DNA from: Lama glama
Taxonomy: Eukaryota
Assembly (NCBI GenBank): GCA_028534125.1
Contig: CM052824.1
Location: forward strand, 2,728,001 to 2,792,000
Length of the DNA stretch: 64,000 bases
Direction of reading: 5' to 3'
How positions within the stretch are numbered: position 1 is the first letter of the stretch; every line of letters starts with the position of its first letter. Position numbers and translations under genes: made by a program. Below, piece after piece: positions 1 to 12,200 of the stretch. A model generated the notes under the pieces. The model made no database searches and was not told the origin of the DNA. It saw nothing but the letters and a program-made list of their open reading frames with translations.

Positions 1-125
1 TTATGTATCAGGCAGCATTCTGTGTGCTTTACACAGATTAACTCCTTTAATCTTTACCATGACTTCCTGAAGTAGGTGTGGGTATTGTCCCTATTTACAG
101 ATGAGGAAACCGAGGCCTGGAGGGG
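1..125 (-). mobile_element. MIR fragment
   Basis: tttacagatgaggaaaccgaggc MIR core. Confidence 0.75.
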
Positions 126-1053
126 ACGGCTTCCCCAGCTTTCCTTTCTGCAGGGGGTCTCAGCCAGAGCAAGGCGGGGATTCTCTGTGAGTAGGGCAGC
201 CCCTGCCAAAAGGGCCTGGCTCTTGGGGAATAATCTCTCCTTGATCGCTTAACTCCTCATCCACTGTCACATCCTGAGCGAAAAATGTGTCCCCGGATTC
301 CTCCCACCAGCTCCATCTGCGAAGCATGTGAGCTGCTGTTTGAGTAAGAATGACTAAAGGCCAAAGCGGTTTTATGAACTTCAGACTGTGAACTCAAGGA
401 AGAGAATGAGTCAGGCCTCCACATTCCTGAAATACTTGCAGGAGGCTCAGTGACCTCAGACAATAAGAACCTGCAGCCGAGCTCTCCAGACGTCCTTGGG
501 AGGCCTCCCACCAGGAAGAGGCGGCAGCTCTGCACCTGGTTCCTGTGTGCGGCACGTGGGACTGAAGGGCATCACTAGGCAGAGTGGCCTGTGGCTACCA
601 ATGCCTCTGCGCTTCTGCCCAGGCTGTTCCCTGTGCCTGCAATGCCTTTCCCTAAGCCCTTGGCAGCATGTCCTCCGAGGCTCAGCGGACATGTCTCCTC
701 CTCCAGCCACTCCAGGCAGGAGCAGAGGCTCTGGGCTCTGGCTCCCCAGGGGTTAGTGCATGCATCTCTCCCCCACCTAGACTCCTGGCCCCTAGAGAAA
801 TTGCTGGCAACATGTCTGCCCAATATACTCCTTACATCTGAGACTGGGGACAGCTCCGGGGTGGAGGGAAAAGTCCCGTCCTAGGAGGTGGGAGATTGGC
901 CATGCTGTGTAACCTCCCTACACCTCAAATTCCTGGTGAATTAACATGATTTGTTTTGATCTGCCTCTCTCACAGATGGGGACCTCCCAAAGTTCAGGGA
1001 CATTTAACCCCAGGCACTTGTCTCAGCAAGGGGTAGGCTCTCATCTATTAAAT

Positions 1054-1153
1054 CAATAAATTTATTTATTTACTTTAATGGAGGTACTGGGGATTGAACC
1101 CAGGACTTTGTCTATGCTAAGCATGTACTCTACCACTGAGCTATACCAACACC
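1054..1153 (-). mobile_element. tRNA-derived SINE, camelid vic-1-like
   Basis: Minus strand reads GGTATAGCTCAGTGGTAGAG (A box) ... GGTTCAATCCCCAGTACCTCCA (B box), then an A-rich tail; TSD ctattaaat at 1045-1053 and 1154-1162. Confidence 0.85.
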
Positions 1154-2749
1154 CTATTAAATAAATTTAAATAATCATGGACAAGTCTTTCTCTTTGGCT
1201 CACACCTCCCTCCCTCTCTTTCCTTAACAAGTTTAACCCCACGGTTGGCACTGTGTACGGCCATCTACAAAAGGAAAGTATCACCCACCAAGCCAAGAAA
1301 AGGCGATTTTCTGAGTGTGTGCTGCAGGGACACAGCAAGCCTGAGGCTGCCCATGGCTGAGTTCTGGCACCACACAAGTGAATTGTAAAGAAGGACTCTC
1401 ACTCAAGGCGAACTGCGTGTGACCGCAGGGATCATTCCCAGATCCCTGAATGGGGAAGGAGTGATAGGTTGTTCTTGGGGCCCATTTTGTGGGTGGAAAA
1501 GTTGAGAGCAGATTCACAGGCAAGAGAATTCTGCAGTAGTTATAACCACTTTCCAAAAGGAGCAAAAAGTGAAGCATGGGATGAGGACATGAAACTAACT
1601 AGGTTGTGAGATATTGGTCTAAAGGCCAAGATTTAGATGCTCCAGGCCCCTGACTCCTTGGGAAAAGTGCTTCCCACTGTCTGCCCAATACACTCATTTA
1701 AGCTACTGAGATTGGCAACAACGCCAAATGCTGAGGAAAAAGCCTCCCAAATCTGCCTTAGACATGGGAGACGTGGGTTCTAGTCCCGTCTCCGGCACTA
1801 ATGATGCCTATGGCCTTGGCCAGATCACATAACCGCCCAAGTCACCTTGTTGGTGGCCTGAAGATGGGCTGGTGGAGAGGTTAGCTGAGGGTCTGTGCCT
1901 CCTGCCCACTTCTGCTCTCCCGTAGCATCCACGTAACAGGGCTGTCACTGAGTAGTCCCAGCCTCCAGGAGAGGAAGGAGAGAGTGCGGTAAGGGCAGGC
2001 ACACAGTGGCATTCCTTCAATCAGGCAAATGGGATTGTTATTATCTAAATGAGTTTAAAATTTAAAAATGAGTTTGCAGGCTGAATGGGGCGGGGGGCCA
2101 TTCCCCCACCCCACTCTTGCCTCCAATCCTGCCCACTGGCCCATCCCCACTCGGTGGTGGTCTTTCGGCCACTCTGTCCACCAGTGGAAGCTGTCTGGGG
2201 AAGTTCGGTTCTACCATTCCAACCACGGCTGCCCTGGTTCACCTTGCTGCACCTGCCAGATGGCTTCTGCAACCTCCCAGGTAGTTAATGATCTCCCCCT
2301 GGGCAGAAGAGCCCTTTAATAATTTACCAGAGTAGATAAAGAAGAAAGCATAGTTCTCCACTTGGAGGCCAATTAGGTTGGCAATTCAGACAGTATGGAT
2401 GGAGGTAAGATTGACTTCAAGTTCAAACTCAGCTGTTTTGTGTAGGAACCCTGCTTATAGCTATGTATTTAAAGTCTTATCAGAACCTGCATTCAGATAA
2501 TCAAACATCCCAGTCCTACTGTATGATCAGCTCTTTAAGGCTCCTTTGCTGCTTTGGGGAATTAGCTACGTAAAACAAAAGAAGCCAAAATACTCAAGGA
2601 CAAAATGAGATTTAAACATTTAAAAAAGGCCAGAAAAAGAAAAGTTATTTTGCATTTTCTGACCTCTTGAGTTCCTTATTAGAATTTGAAAAACATTTTT
2701 TTTTTGCAAGAAATTATACATTTCTTTGAGTCAGAAGCGCAGACTCCGA

Positions 2750-2975
2750 GAGACAGTAGCGTGGAGCAGTGGTGGAAAAAAAAATCCTTTGGAATTGGAG
2801 ACCTAGGTTGAAATCCTGAATTCAACTGATTGTAAGAAATTGAGGAACTGATTGTGGTTCTCTGAACCTCACTTTCCTTATCTCTAAAGCAGGAGTAATG
2901 ATGCTGTCCCTGGGCTTTTTCTCATGAACCATAAATATGTAAAGAGCAACCTGGCACACAGTAGACAATAAATGA
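2750..2975 (+). mobile_element. MIR
   Basis: agacctaggttgaaatcct...ctctgaacctcactttcctt...cctggcacacagtag. Confidence 0.65.
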
Positions 2976-3091
2976 TGCAACCTCCTTCTCATCATCAGGC
3001 TTGCCCATATCCTAAAAAATGTGGATTTCATAAAGACATGAGAGAAAAAGACTCCCTCTCAAAGTCTGACAATGAAATTTAATAAGGATAA

Positions 3092-3520
3092 ATGCGGTAG
3101 TGTAACACTGGTGGCCCCCAGTGAACCATGCCTCTTGGTATCCATGACCTTGTGCCGTTCCCGCCCATGTTGACTCTGGGATTGACCGTGTGACTTGTTT
3201 TGACCAATGAGGCATCAGTAAGTGTGAATTACTCGGAGGCTTAATAGGGCTTGTCTTCCTGGAACACTGCCTCTCAGAAGCCAGCTCTTTGGCTATAAAG
3301 AAGCTCAGGCTAGACGACCGGATGATGAGAAGCCACAAGAAGAGACACCTTGGAGGATGGGAGGCCATCCCAGACATTCCAGCCTCAGCCAAACTCCTCG
3401 CTGAGCGAGGAACTGCAGGAGTAACCAACCTCCCAGCTAAACCTAGTCAACAAAAATTGTGACAAATAATAAGTCATTATTGTTTTAAGCTACAAAATTT
3501 TGAAAGGATTTGTTACACAA
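3092..3520 (+). mobile_element. MaLR LTR (MLT1 family)
   Basis: gtgacttgttttgaccaatgag and 3' end tgttttaagctacaaaattttg...ttgttacac. Confidence 0.75.
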
Positions 3521-6500
3521 ATGCCAGGTCCTAAATTTACATTAAGGAAGATCAACAAATACAAGTAGAAGTGGCAGATTATCCTTNNNNNNNNNNNNNN
3601 NNNNNNNNNNNNNNNNNNNNNNNNNNNNNNNNNNNNNNNNNNNNNNNNNNNNNNNNNNNNNNNNNNNNNNNNNNNNNNNNNNNNNNATTGGAGCTGCCGT
3701 AAAGGTTTACCCTGTAGGGGAGGGGCAGGGAGAAAGAAAGAAAAAGATAAGAAAACAAACGCTGGGAGTGCAGGTGTGGTGGAGCACATGTTTAGAGGAC
3801 TTAACTATGACATATGGGAGAGGATGCAGTTCATTCTGCGGAGTGCCAGGAGGAGGACCGTCTGCAGTCACTAAGAGTCACAGGGAGATTATTTTACGTT
3901 AACATCCACAAGAAGGGCCAGCATGTCTGGAGCATGAGCTGCAGAAAGAGACAGAGTGGGTGCTGTCTCTGTCAGGGGGAAAGGCCTGGATCGCCACTCA
4001 CCCCCTGCCAGGAGGGTGGGGAGGGGGTTCTGGCCGCAGGTGGAGCAGGGAACCTCTAAGTCCCTCCCCAGGGTGAGGCCCCACGAGTCATCCCTGGAGT
4101 TGTGTCATCCCACGCTGACTGGATAGCATTAGGAAGTGAAACAGATGACACCCACCTGCCAACGGTGAGTGAGAGAACGGTCCACCCAAGGTGACGGGAG
4201 ACCGAGCCCAGAGATGAGGCGTGTGAGAAGTCAAGCCTCAAAGACCCAGAGCCGCCGCCTCCTGTTTCTCACCTCTTTGAAAGGGCCATGAGAACTTGCC
4301 TTTCCTGGGGATTATTTCTCACGCCCTGGAGGTAGACTCAGAGAAGCAGCTCCGGCAAATACGAGCCTGCAGATTCTGCAAGCTTGGACGGTTTAGGAAG
4401 GACGGGGGAAGAGGACCGAGCAAGTGTAAGGAAATGTCTGGTGTTCAGCCCTGTCCCGGAACCAATCAGGGTGCCTAACTGGCTCTCTCCTGCTTCTCTC
4501 ACTCCTAGCCTGCAAACCTGGAGGGGAGAAGATGTTTTCAGGGGCATGGGCCCCATTTTCTGTTGGTGGGTCCTGTAGCACCCACGGTTCTAGGACTAGA
4601 GAGAAGACTACAGGTTCATAGATTTGCGGGAAACAGCACATCTGGAGGTCACGTTTAGGATTCCCTGGACACTTTGCAATTATGAGCCCAGTCCAGGGCC
4701 ACCTTCCACCTCCCTGTCCCAGGCTCTGGGCGAGAATAAAGGGAGGGACTATGCAGCGCCCTCTGACCCACCTTTCCCAGGGCTTCCCAGGCTCTTGCAC
4801 CCCTGGGCCTTTGCACAGGCTGGTCTCATCACTCGGGTTGCTCTTTCTTCCCTCCCCTTTTCTACCAAGACCCAGCCTCCAGGTTCTATCCCATGTAAAA
4901 CCTTCCCCAACTCTCTCAGGCCTCGGACCAGCATTGTGTCATTCAGTGGAGCTTGGTGTAACTAGACTGTGAGCCAGAGACTGAGTTTTGTTCACCTCCT
5001 TAATCCTCAGAGGAGGGGGCACGGAGCCTGGAGTGTCTCAGATGCTCAGTACGCAGGGTCGAAGGCATGGAGCTCGCCCCCTCTCTCCGCCCGCGTGGGG
5101 CATGCTCACTGATGCTCTGTTCTGTGCAGGGCACATACCTGCATTATCGCTGTAGTCCATCTCTCTCCAGCTGGAATGCAACTCGGGTCAGAAATAACTT
5201 CAGTCTAAAGTAAATGAAACAAAGGAAAATGTGGTTTCCATTTACTCCCTCCTCAACAGGGAAGCCCTGGCACCTGGGGGAGGGGACCTGGTCTACCCAG
5301 GGCCTGCGCAGACCGGGAACCCTCCAGGGAGAGAAGCCAGTCATGGCGAAAACCCTTCCAGCCGCTGACCCCGCACAAAGACTCTACTGTGGGGAAACCC
5401 AATATGAGGGTGTGCCTGGCTCCACGGGAACGCGATACACAAAAATCCAAAGTCATAAAAATAGATCAATCTGAGGTGGTTATTGACTTGACAAGAGGAC
5501 TCGCCAGCAGGTCCTCTAAATAGCCAGCTCCCACAGCCTACTTTCACCATGATTTTATTTTCAGGAGTTTGATATTACACACTGGCTTTCAGAAGAAACA
5601 CAAATCGGTCCCCAGAGAGCCTGGTGTCGCAGTGTGTCTGGCCAGCAGCTTGTTGACCAGGCCTTAAGGTGAGCGGGCCTCGAGCTTCCCAAGCGCTGGC
5701 GGAGCTGTGTTTCCGGAGCGCTTCCAAGCTTGCCGGGTCTGGCTGTTTCCAATGGCAGGTGGGATACAAAGAACCAGGTACAGTCCGGACCTTCCTGCCT
5801 CTCCTTGAATAGACTGACTGTCCAGCACACATCCCTGTATTGGGAGCATAGGATCTGTATCAGCTACTCAATCATTCCTTCCTTCCTTCAAAAGTGTTTC
5901 TGTGTGTGTGACACTGTGCTCGGCACAGCAGAGCAGAGAAGACCGGAAGGCGAGTCTCTGTCCTCTAGGGACTCACAGTCCTGGCTCTGGATTTCACTGA
6001 TTCTTGAAAATGCATGTTTTCACCCCTTAATCACAATGCCTCTTCCTGCAGGTGGTATGAATGGTTTAATTGGCTGCGTTTTTCTCCCCGGTATGTTAAA
6101 GGCTGGTGTCATCTTGCAGTCAGTTATCAGTGTCCTGGATGAAATACGGTAGCTAAAAGTGCTAAATCGTGGTTTAATGCCACCGAACTCTGAGTGGGAT
6201 TTGATGTTTGAAGGATAAAATTGGGCCCCTGTGTGAATATAACTCTTGGGTTTCCCATTGCATAGAATGTGTGCCATAGGTTTGAAATGATGTCCCTTGT
6301 CCATAGTTATCCAGGGAAACTGGGCTGGAGTGGCTGTGCCTCTCCACCCTCCTGGGAGTGGGAAACAGTAGTGGCGGAGCGCTGACTGCCCTCCGTGTGT
6401 AGGTCGTGAGAAAACCAGAGGAGTAAAGCCCTTCAGGAAAGAGGAAATAGGTGTCGGTTCTTGATGGCAAGTCCTTGGCCAGCTGGACCTCCCAGACCCA

Positions 6501-7869
6501 GCACTGGGCCTGGCCGATAACAGGAATACATCGGCATCTCTCTGTGTGCGTGTGTGCAATAGATAGAAATGTACATCAAGTGAATGAATTTCTGTTATCT
6601 TTTCTCCTTTTTCCCTTTTCTTCTTTTTGAATTTCTGTTGCTGAGGCCAAATTTTAATTACAAAAAAAGTTCAGTGTGACTGCTAATCTCGACTTCTTGG
6701 TGCAGATTCAGGATGATTACTTACAGTCTGTCTAATGTTACAGGGGATTTCTTCCCAATCTTTTTTTGGCTTCACCATCCCTCACCCCAAAAAACAGTGG
6801 CTCCTGTTGCTGGAGCTGAACTGTTGCCATGTTCTATTTATTTAAATGGCTATGTTCCCACGTCGCAGGCCAGGGGGTCTAGTCTCTAACTTTTGAAAGC
6901 ATAAAGAGACTGTACAGGCAAGGTACCCCAAGGCAGATGACAGCGAGAGTGATGGGGAGTAAGTAAGATCTTGGGAGCACATGCGGACACCCAGAACGGT
7001 TTAGACCGAGCACAATGACATAATAACATGATCCAAATCCTCCAGTTCAGTTATCACTCGTGGAGCACCTAAAGGTTATGAATTACTTCACACTCTTGCC
7101 CATACAGAATGTAAAGACACATGGCTGTTTAGTTATGCCTTTTCCGGACACTCACTTTGATTGTGCGTGCAATTGTGGTAGCTTTTTCTCCACCGGAAGA
7201 ATAGATGAAGTTTCAGGAGCCGGCACGGAGCTGCCCCGTGGCCTTTTGTTTCCATGTGATTTTACTGCAGGCTTTAAAATCCTGGACGAGAAGGCTGTGT
7301 GCAGCCAGCGGTAAACATGAGCATTACTCCAGGAGGAACCGGAAGCCATTCACGGGCTGGCCCTCTGACTGTGGCACAAACGCAAGAATGTCAGGTGGCA
7401 GTAACCAAGTCCTCCCGGCTGCTTCTCTCTGGGCTTTCTGCCTTTGCTGCTGGGTCCAAATTGTCACCGAGGCCTCCTTGGGTGACCCACCCCTGGGTCA
7501 GGCCTAGGCTGGATCCTGTCAGCCTGAGATCAACCTGTCATATTGAAGCTGTCAGGTGGGAGAAGCAAGCTGATTTCCAGCTGGTATCTGGTGCTACTTC
7601 CCCCTCTGCGGGCTGGCAACTCTTATTACTGTGGCAGTGGGGGATTTCCAAAAGTAACTCCCATGGAAGGGACAGGCCTGTCGCCATCACCAGGGCAGGT
7701 CTTCTGTCTGTCCCTGCTGAGGACTGCTTTTCCTCTCATCAGCCATAAAAACCAAGATGTGAAATGGTTATTACTACTCAGATCTTGTCGGAGGAACCTT
7801 GCTGACTTTGATAGTATCCCCAGGCTTCAAATACTTTGGTGTTTTTCAGTTTTGGAGGTAATTCCAAGT

Positions 7870-8160
7870 AGCAAACTCTTATTTATCCCTCAAGACCCAG
7901 TTTGGATGTTTTGTCCTCTGCAAAGCTTTGTCTGACTATGCTTTATGCTCTCACATTCCTATGTTCTCTGATGCGGTTACAAGGCATCAGAGGAGGTTAC
8001 AAGGCATACAGAATTATTTGTATACATTGCAATCTCTGCTAGATGTGACATCCTTGGGGACAGGGACCATGTCTCTTTATTTCCTTGTCACCCATATCTT
8101 GCTGGTCTGTGCTCTGTCAAGTGCTATATACTTAGTAAATGTTAGATGAATGAATGAAAG
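7870..8160 (+). mobile_element. L2 3' fragment
   Basis: Ends cttagtaaatgttagatgaatgaatgaa. Confidence 0.55.
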
Positions 8161-8304
8161 AGTTATATTCCTGCCAAATGTTTGTTTGTTGTTTCATTCA
8201 TTCACATCTAAAAGTACTTTCTTCTCTTTTGGAAGTGCTTCTCTCTGTGTTATTTATAAAAGACCATAGGCCTCAAAAAGGGTCAAGTGCAAAATCACCA
8301 GATA

Positions 8305-8850
8305 GGATGATTTTAGCTGTAACAGCTGTTTTAACAAAAATAGCTTGAACAATAGGAGGTTTATTATCACACCGAACCAGTAGTGTGGGTATCAGGTGGG
8401 CCCAGGGTCAGGTGATTCCCCAGCTCCGCGATCTCTTCAGGGACCCAAGGGCTTCCCACCCTTGCTCTCTGCCATCCTCAGTGCACCAGTGATGCTTCCT
8501 TCCTGGGCCAGAGCGGGGCGATGTCCAGCAAAGAAGAAAGGCACTTCCTCTTCTAGTCTCTTTTTGTTATCGGGGAAGCCCTTTTTCAGAAGCTCCCCAC
8601 CCCCCAAGATGTGTCCTTGAGCATCATTGATCAGGATTAAGCTACAACCTACTACTGATAAGGAAATGTGACCACTGTGCTGGCTGAAGCCAGTCTTGAT
8701 GCAATCCCTGGTGTTAAAGGGAGACAAGAGAGTCCCTCCCTGAACGCACGGACGGGAGAACACCTGAACAAAATCAGGGCTCTGCTAGCGAGGAGTCAAG
8801 GAAATGGGGGGATGGCTGTTAGGTGGGCATCCAATAGCACCCCCACACCA
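8305..8850 (-). mobile_element. Old MaLR LTR (MLT1J/K-like)
   Basis: aatagcttgaacaataggaggtttatt...aacaaaatcagggctctgctag...ggatggctgttaggtgggca. Confidence 0.55.
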
Positions 8851-11095
8851 CATATTTAAATCAATTACGGTGTATACATAACAAGGTGAAAGTCTATGAA
8901 ACCGTTACAATGACGGGGGGAGAACCACACGTAGCGTTAAATCGCTTTCAGTGAATAGTAAATGTAAAGCTTTTTGTATAGTTTAATCTTTCTTGTTCAT
9001 AATAAGAACACTAATAAATCCCAGGTTAGGCACATCCCAAATCTATGGGTCTAACACATACTATGCACTTAAAAGTGGCTGTATGTGGGGACGTGTGTGT
9101 GAAGGGGGGGGTTTCCTAGAGACCTTCATTTACCACATTCTGTATTTCTTATAATATTGAATTTGTATAAGTATGCCTCTTTTTGTTAAGGAAAAAACAG
9201 AAACATTAAAGAGAATACTTTAAAAGGCCAAGTATCATTTTGAACGCAAGGAGTCAATTAAAGACATGGGGTCCCTTCCAAGAACAAACTAATTTGGAAC
9301 AGGGGAGGGACCTCTCTGAGAGTTTTGCTCATAAGCCCAGAATTTAAACTTCTTCCATGAATGAGCAACTTTTTTTTTCCCCTTAACACAAGATCTAAAT
9401 TTTTGCAATGTTGAATCACTCTCTGTTTGCTGGAGAAGGGTGTCATTCTTGCTGGCGGATGTGGAGGGTGCTGACTCGCCTATAGGACGTCCACCGGCGG
9501 AAGTCTTCCCAGGAGCCACGCTAACACCAAGGACCAGCCAAACCTCCCTGTAACCCAAGCGCTTTTCCAAGTGTCCCAAATGCCTCTGTCAGGGGTAAGC
9601 TCGAAGAATAAATCCTCTGGGGTATACCTTCCACTCTGCCACTAGCTAACTAATCATAACTGCTCAGGAAATGCCCCGATCACTTTGGAATTCATTGAAC
9701 ACCTCTGAAAAGTGAGTATTATGTATGTAACAGCACTTGAAGGAAGCATTTTGAGTCATTAAAAAATATTCTAGGCAACCGCCCTGGCTATCTGTAATGG
9801 TTCTCCTAGGAAGTCTATTTGGTTACTATAAAAATAGATGGCTAAATTCAGCAGAGGTGCAGGATGCGGTGTATAGCTTTGATCAACTTATCCAGTGTCC
9901 GTTGGAAAATGTTACGTGGTATTATAAATGGAATAGGTACACTTCTCCACAAAAATACACAGACTGGAATGGTAGAAGGAAGCTGGGGGCGGGGCGTGTT
10001 TACAGCCTCACAGTGATTTGAAATTAATGAAGTCGTCTCTATTCTTTCCTGATTTTATAACCCAGTGTTTCCATGCCTAAAATCATTTTTCTAAGCACTT
10101 TTATCGTAAAAGTGGCACTCGAGTTGTGCCTTTTCCAGAAAGAGCCTGGATTTTTAAAGATCATCACTGCTTGCCCTTCCACTCCCCCAACTACAGGGAT
10201 ACAGGCTTATCCCTTCTCCATCAGTGGCTGGAGAACTGCAGAGCACCATGCTACGAGGTGGGGAAGGACATGCAACCCAGCTCCCACCATGAGCAAGCAA
10301 ACTGCCATGTCGAAACCATGGTCCACTGCTGCCAGGTCTATGAATTTCTCAAAAGAAGCCAGAAATTTGGGCTGAAAAAAAAAGTCTCTCTCTTTTCAAA
10401 TATTGGCAACAAATTCCAGCTTTTATAAACCCTGTGCAAGCTGAACAAAACATATTTATTGGCCCGATCCTGCTGGAGCCATCTGCTTTGGACTTCTGTG
10501 TGGGGCAATGGAGGACAGACCTGCTTTCTCGTCTCCATGAAGATCTGAAGACTTGGGAAGCCAACCCTCAAACCCCTTTCAATCTGTGCTTAATTGGTGC
10601 TCATTTACTGACAAAACTCTTTAAGGAATTTCCAATCGGGTGGGGACAGTAAAACAGCCAGTCACAGTGTGGTGGTGTCATTGCTACAATGAGGACTTGC
10701 CTGCGGGGCTGGAGCACTATTTTCCGTCTTGTAGTGTGTGTGTGAGCGATGGACTGTGTCCACCCATGTTCATGCAGATTTGAGCTTTGTTAGGGGTTAT
10801 CTCCCTCTGTCCCCCCTACGCTGCAGCCATTTCAGCTGAGGTGGGTCCTGTCGGTTCTGCATGCGGCTTGGGATTAGTGTTCTAGGAACCTTCTTGAGGT
10901 GTCCCCTGCATCAGGTCAATGTGAAATAAATGTTGGAGCCTTTCCCCCATACACGCACTGGCACAATGACAGGCCTAGAGGGGTCGTAGGTGCAACTCGT
11001 AAAGCTTTTGCATTTTTCTGACTGCTCAAATGCGTTCCATTTTAGAAACTGGACATGAGTTTCTCCTCTCCAAAAAGTTTTACTACACAGATATT

Positions 11096-11222
11096 GTGAT
11101 GGTTAATTTTATGCGTCAACTTGGCTAGGCTAGGGTGCCTCTTTGTTTAGCCAAACACCAGTCTAGATGTTGCTGTGATGGTATTTTTTAGATATGATGA
11201 ACATTTAAATCAGTCGACTGTG
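11096..11222 (+). mobile_element. MLT2 (ERVL) LTR 5' fragment
   Basis: tgtgatggttaattttatgcgtcaacttggctaggc is a typical MLT2 start. Confidence 0.75.
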
Positions 11223-11239
11223 ATGTAATGAACTACTTT

Positions 11240-12200
11240 AGACTGGGCAGAGGGCAGGTCACCGAGAACATGACGTTGATGCTGAGAGCTGCACGACAGG
11301 AGGAAGCTTCGGTCAGGGAGCCAGGCGTTGGAGGCAGAGGAACAGCAGTGCAAAGGTCCTAAGGAGGAACTTACTTGGCTTCTTTCAAAGGGGAAAAGGC
11401 AAGTGAGAGGACAGTAAGAGAGGGGAAATGTAGGAAGTAGGCACGTCCCAGGAGCTGTGTGCCAAGTAAGGAGCTGAGTCTTATTCCAAGAACGATGAGA
11501 AGCCACGGAGACTTTAAGCCAAGGATCAACATGTTCTGATTTATTTTTAAAGAATTTCTTTGGTTCCTGTAAGGAAAATGGATTACTGGAGGGCAGGAAT
11601 GGAAACCAGTGATGTTTCAGTTATCTGCTGTTGTGTAAGAAACAACAGCCAACACTCAGGGCTTAAAATAATCATATCTGTTTGCTCATTATGGATCAGA
11701 AATTCTGGGAAGGACTCAACTGTCAGTTCATCTCTGATTTATGAGACATCAGCTTGTGTGGCAGCTGGGGCTGGAGGACCCACTTCCCAGATGGTTTCTT
11801 CATACACACATGACACCCAGATGCTCCCTGACCTTCCTCTTTCTCCACATGACATCTTCCTCTCAGGCCTATCCACGTGGCATGGGCTTCTCAAAGTCTG
11901 CTGGTCAGGGTACTAATACTTCTTATGTGGATGCTCATTTCAAGAGAACAGAAGTAGGAGCTCCTAGCCAGTGCTACACTTGCACCCGGCTCCAAGAGGA
12001 TGGAGAAGGAGACCCCGTGTATTGATGTGAGAGCAATGGGGTCACATTGCAGAAGGGCATGTGGGTTGGAAGATACTGTTGCAGCCACCTTGGGAAAACA
12101 CAATATGCCACAAGTGAGGAGACCGTTGCAGTAATTCAGGCAAAAGATGAATGATGGTGGCTTAAATCTGGATGCTTGCACCAGACTAAGATTCAGAATA
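11240..12200 (-). mobile_element. L2 fragment interrupted by an MLT1 LTR (~11613-12110, minus)
   Basis: L2 motifs ggaacagcagtgcaaaggtcct...ggagggcaggaatggaaacc resume at gtgaggagaccgttgcagtaattcagg after the LTR. Confidence 0.65.

Noticed and set aside
1075-1150. tRNA-Ala-like sequences (also ~30150-30215 and ~42270-42335)
   Set aside because: SINE heads with A-rich tails and TSDs and degraded stems; not tRNA genes.
6020-6559. 179-aa minus-strand ORF and other 60-150 aa intergenic ORFs
   Set aside because: No domain, codon bias or exon structure; consistent with chance.
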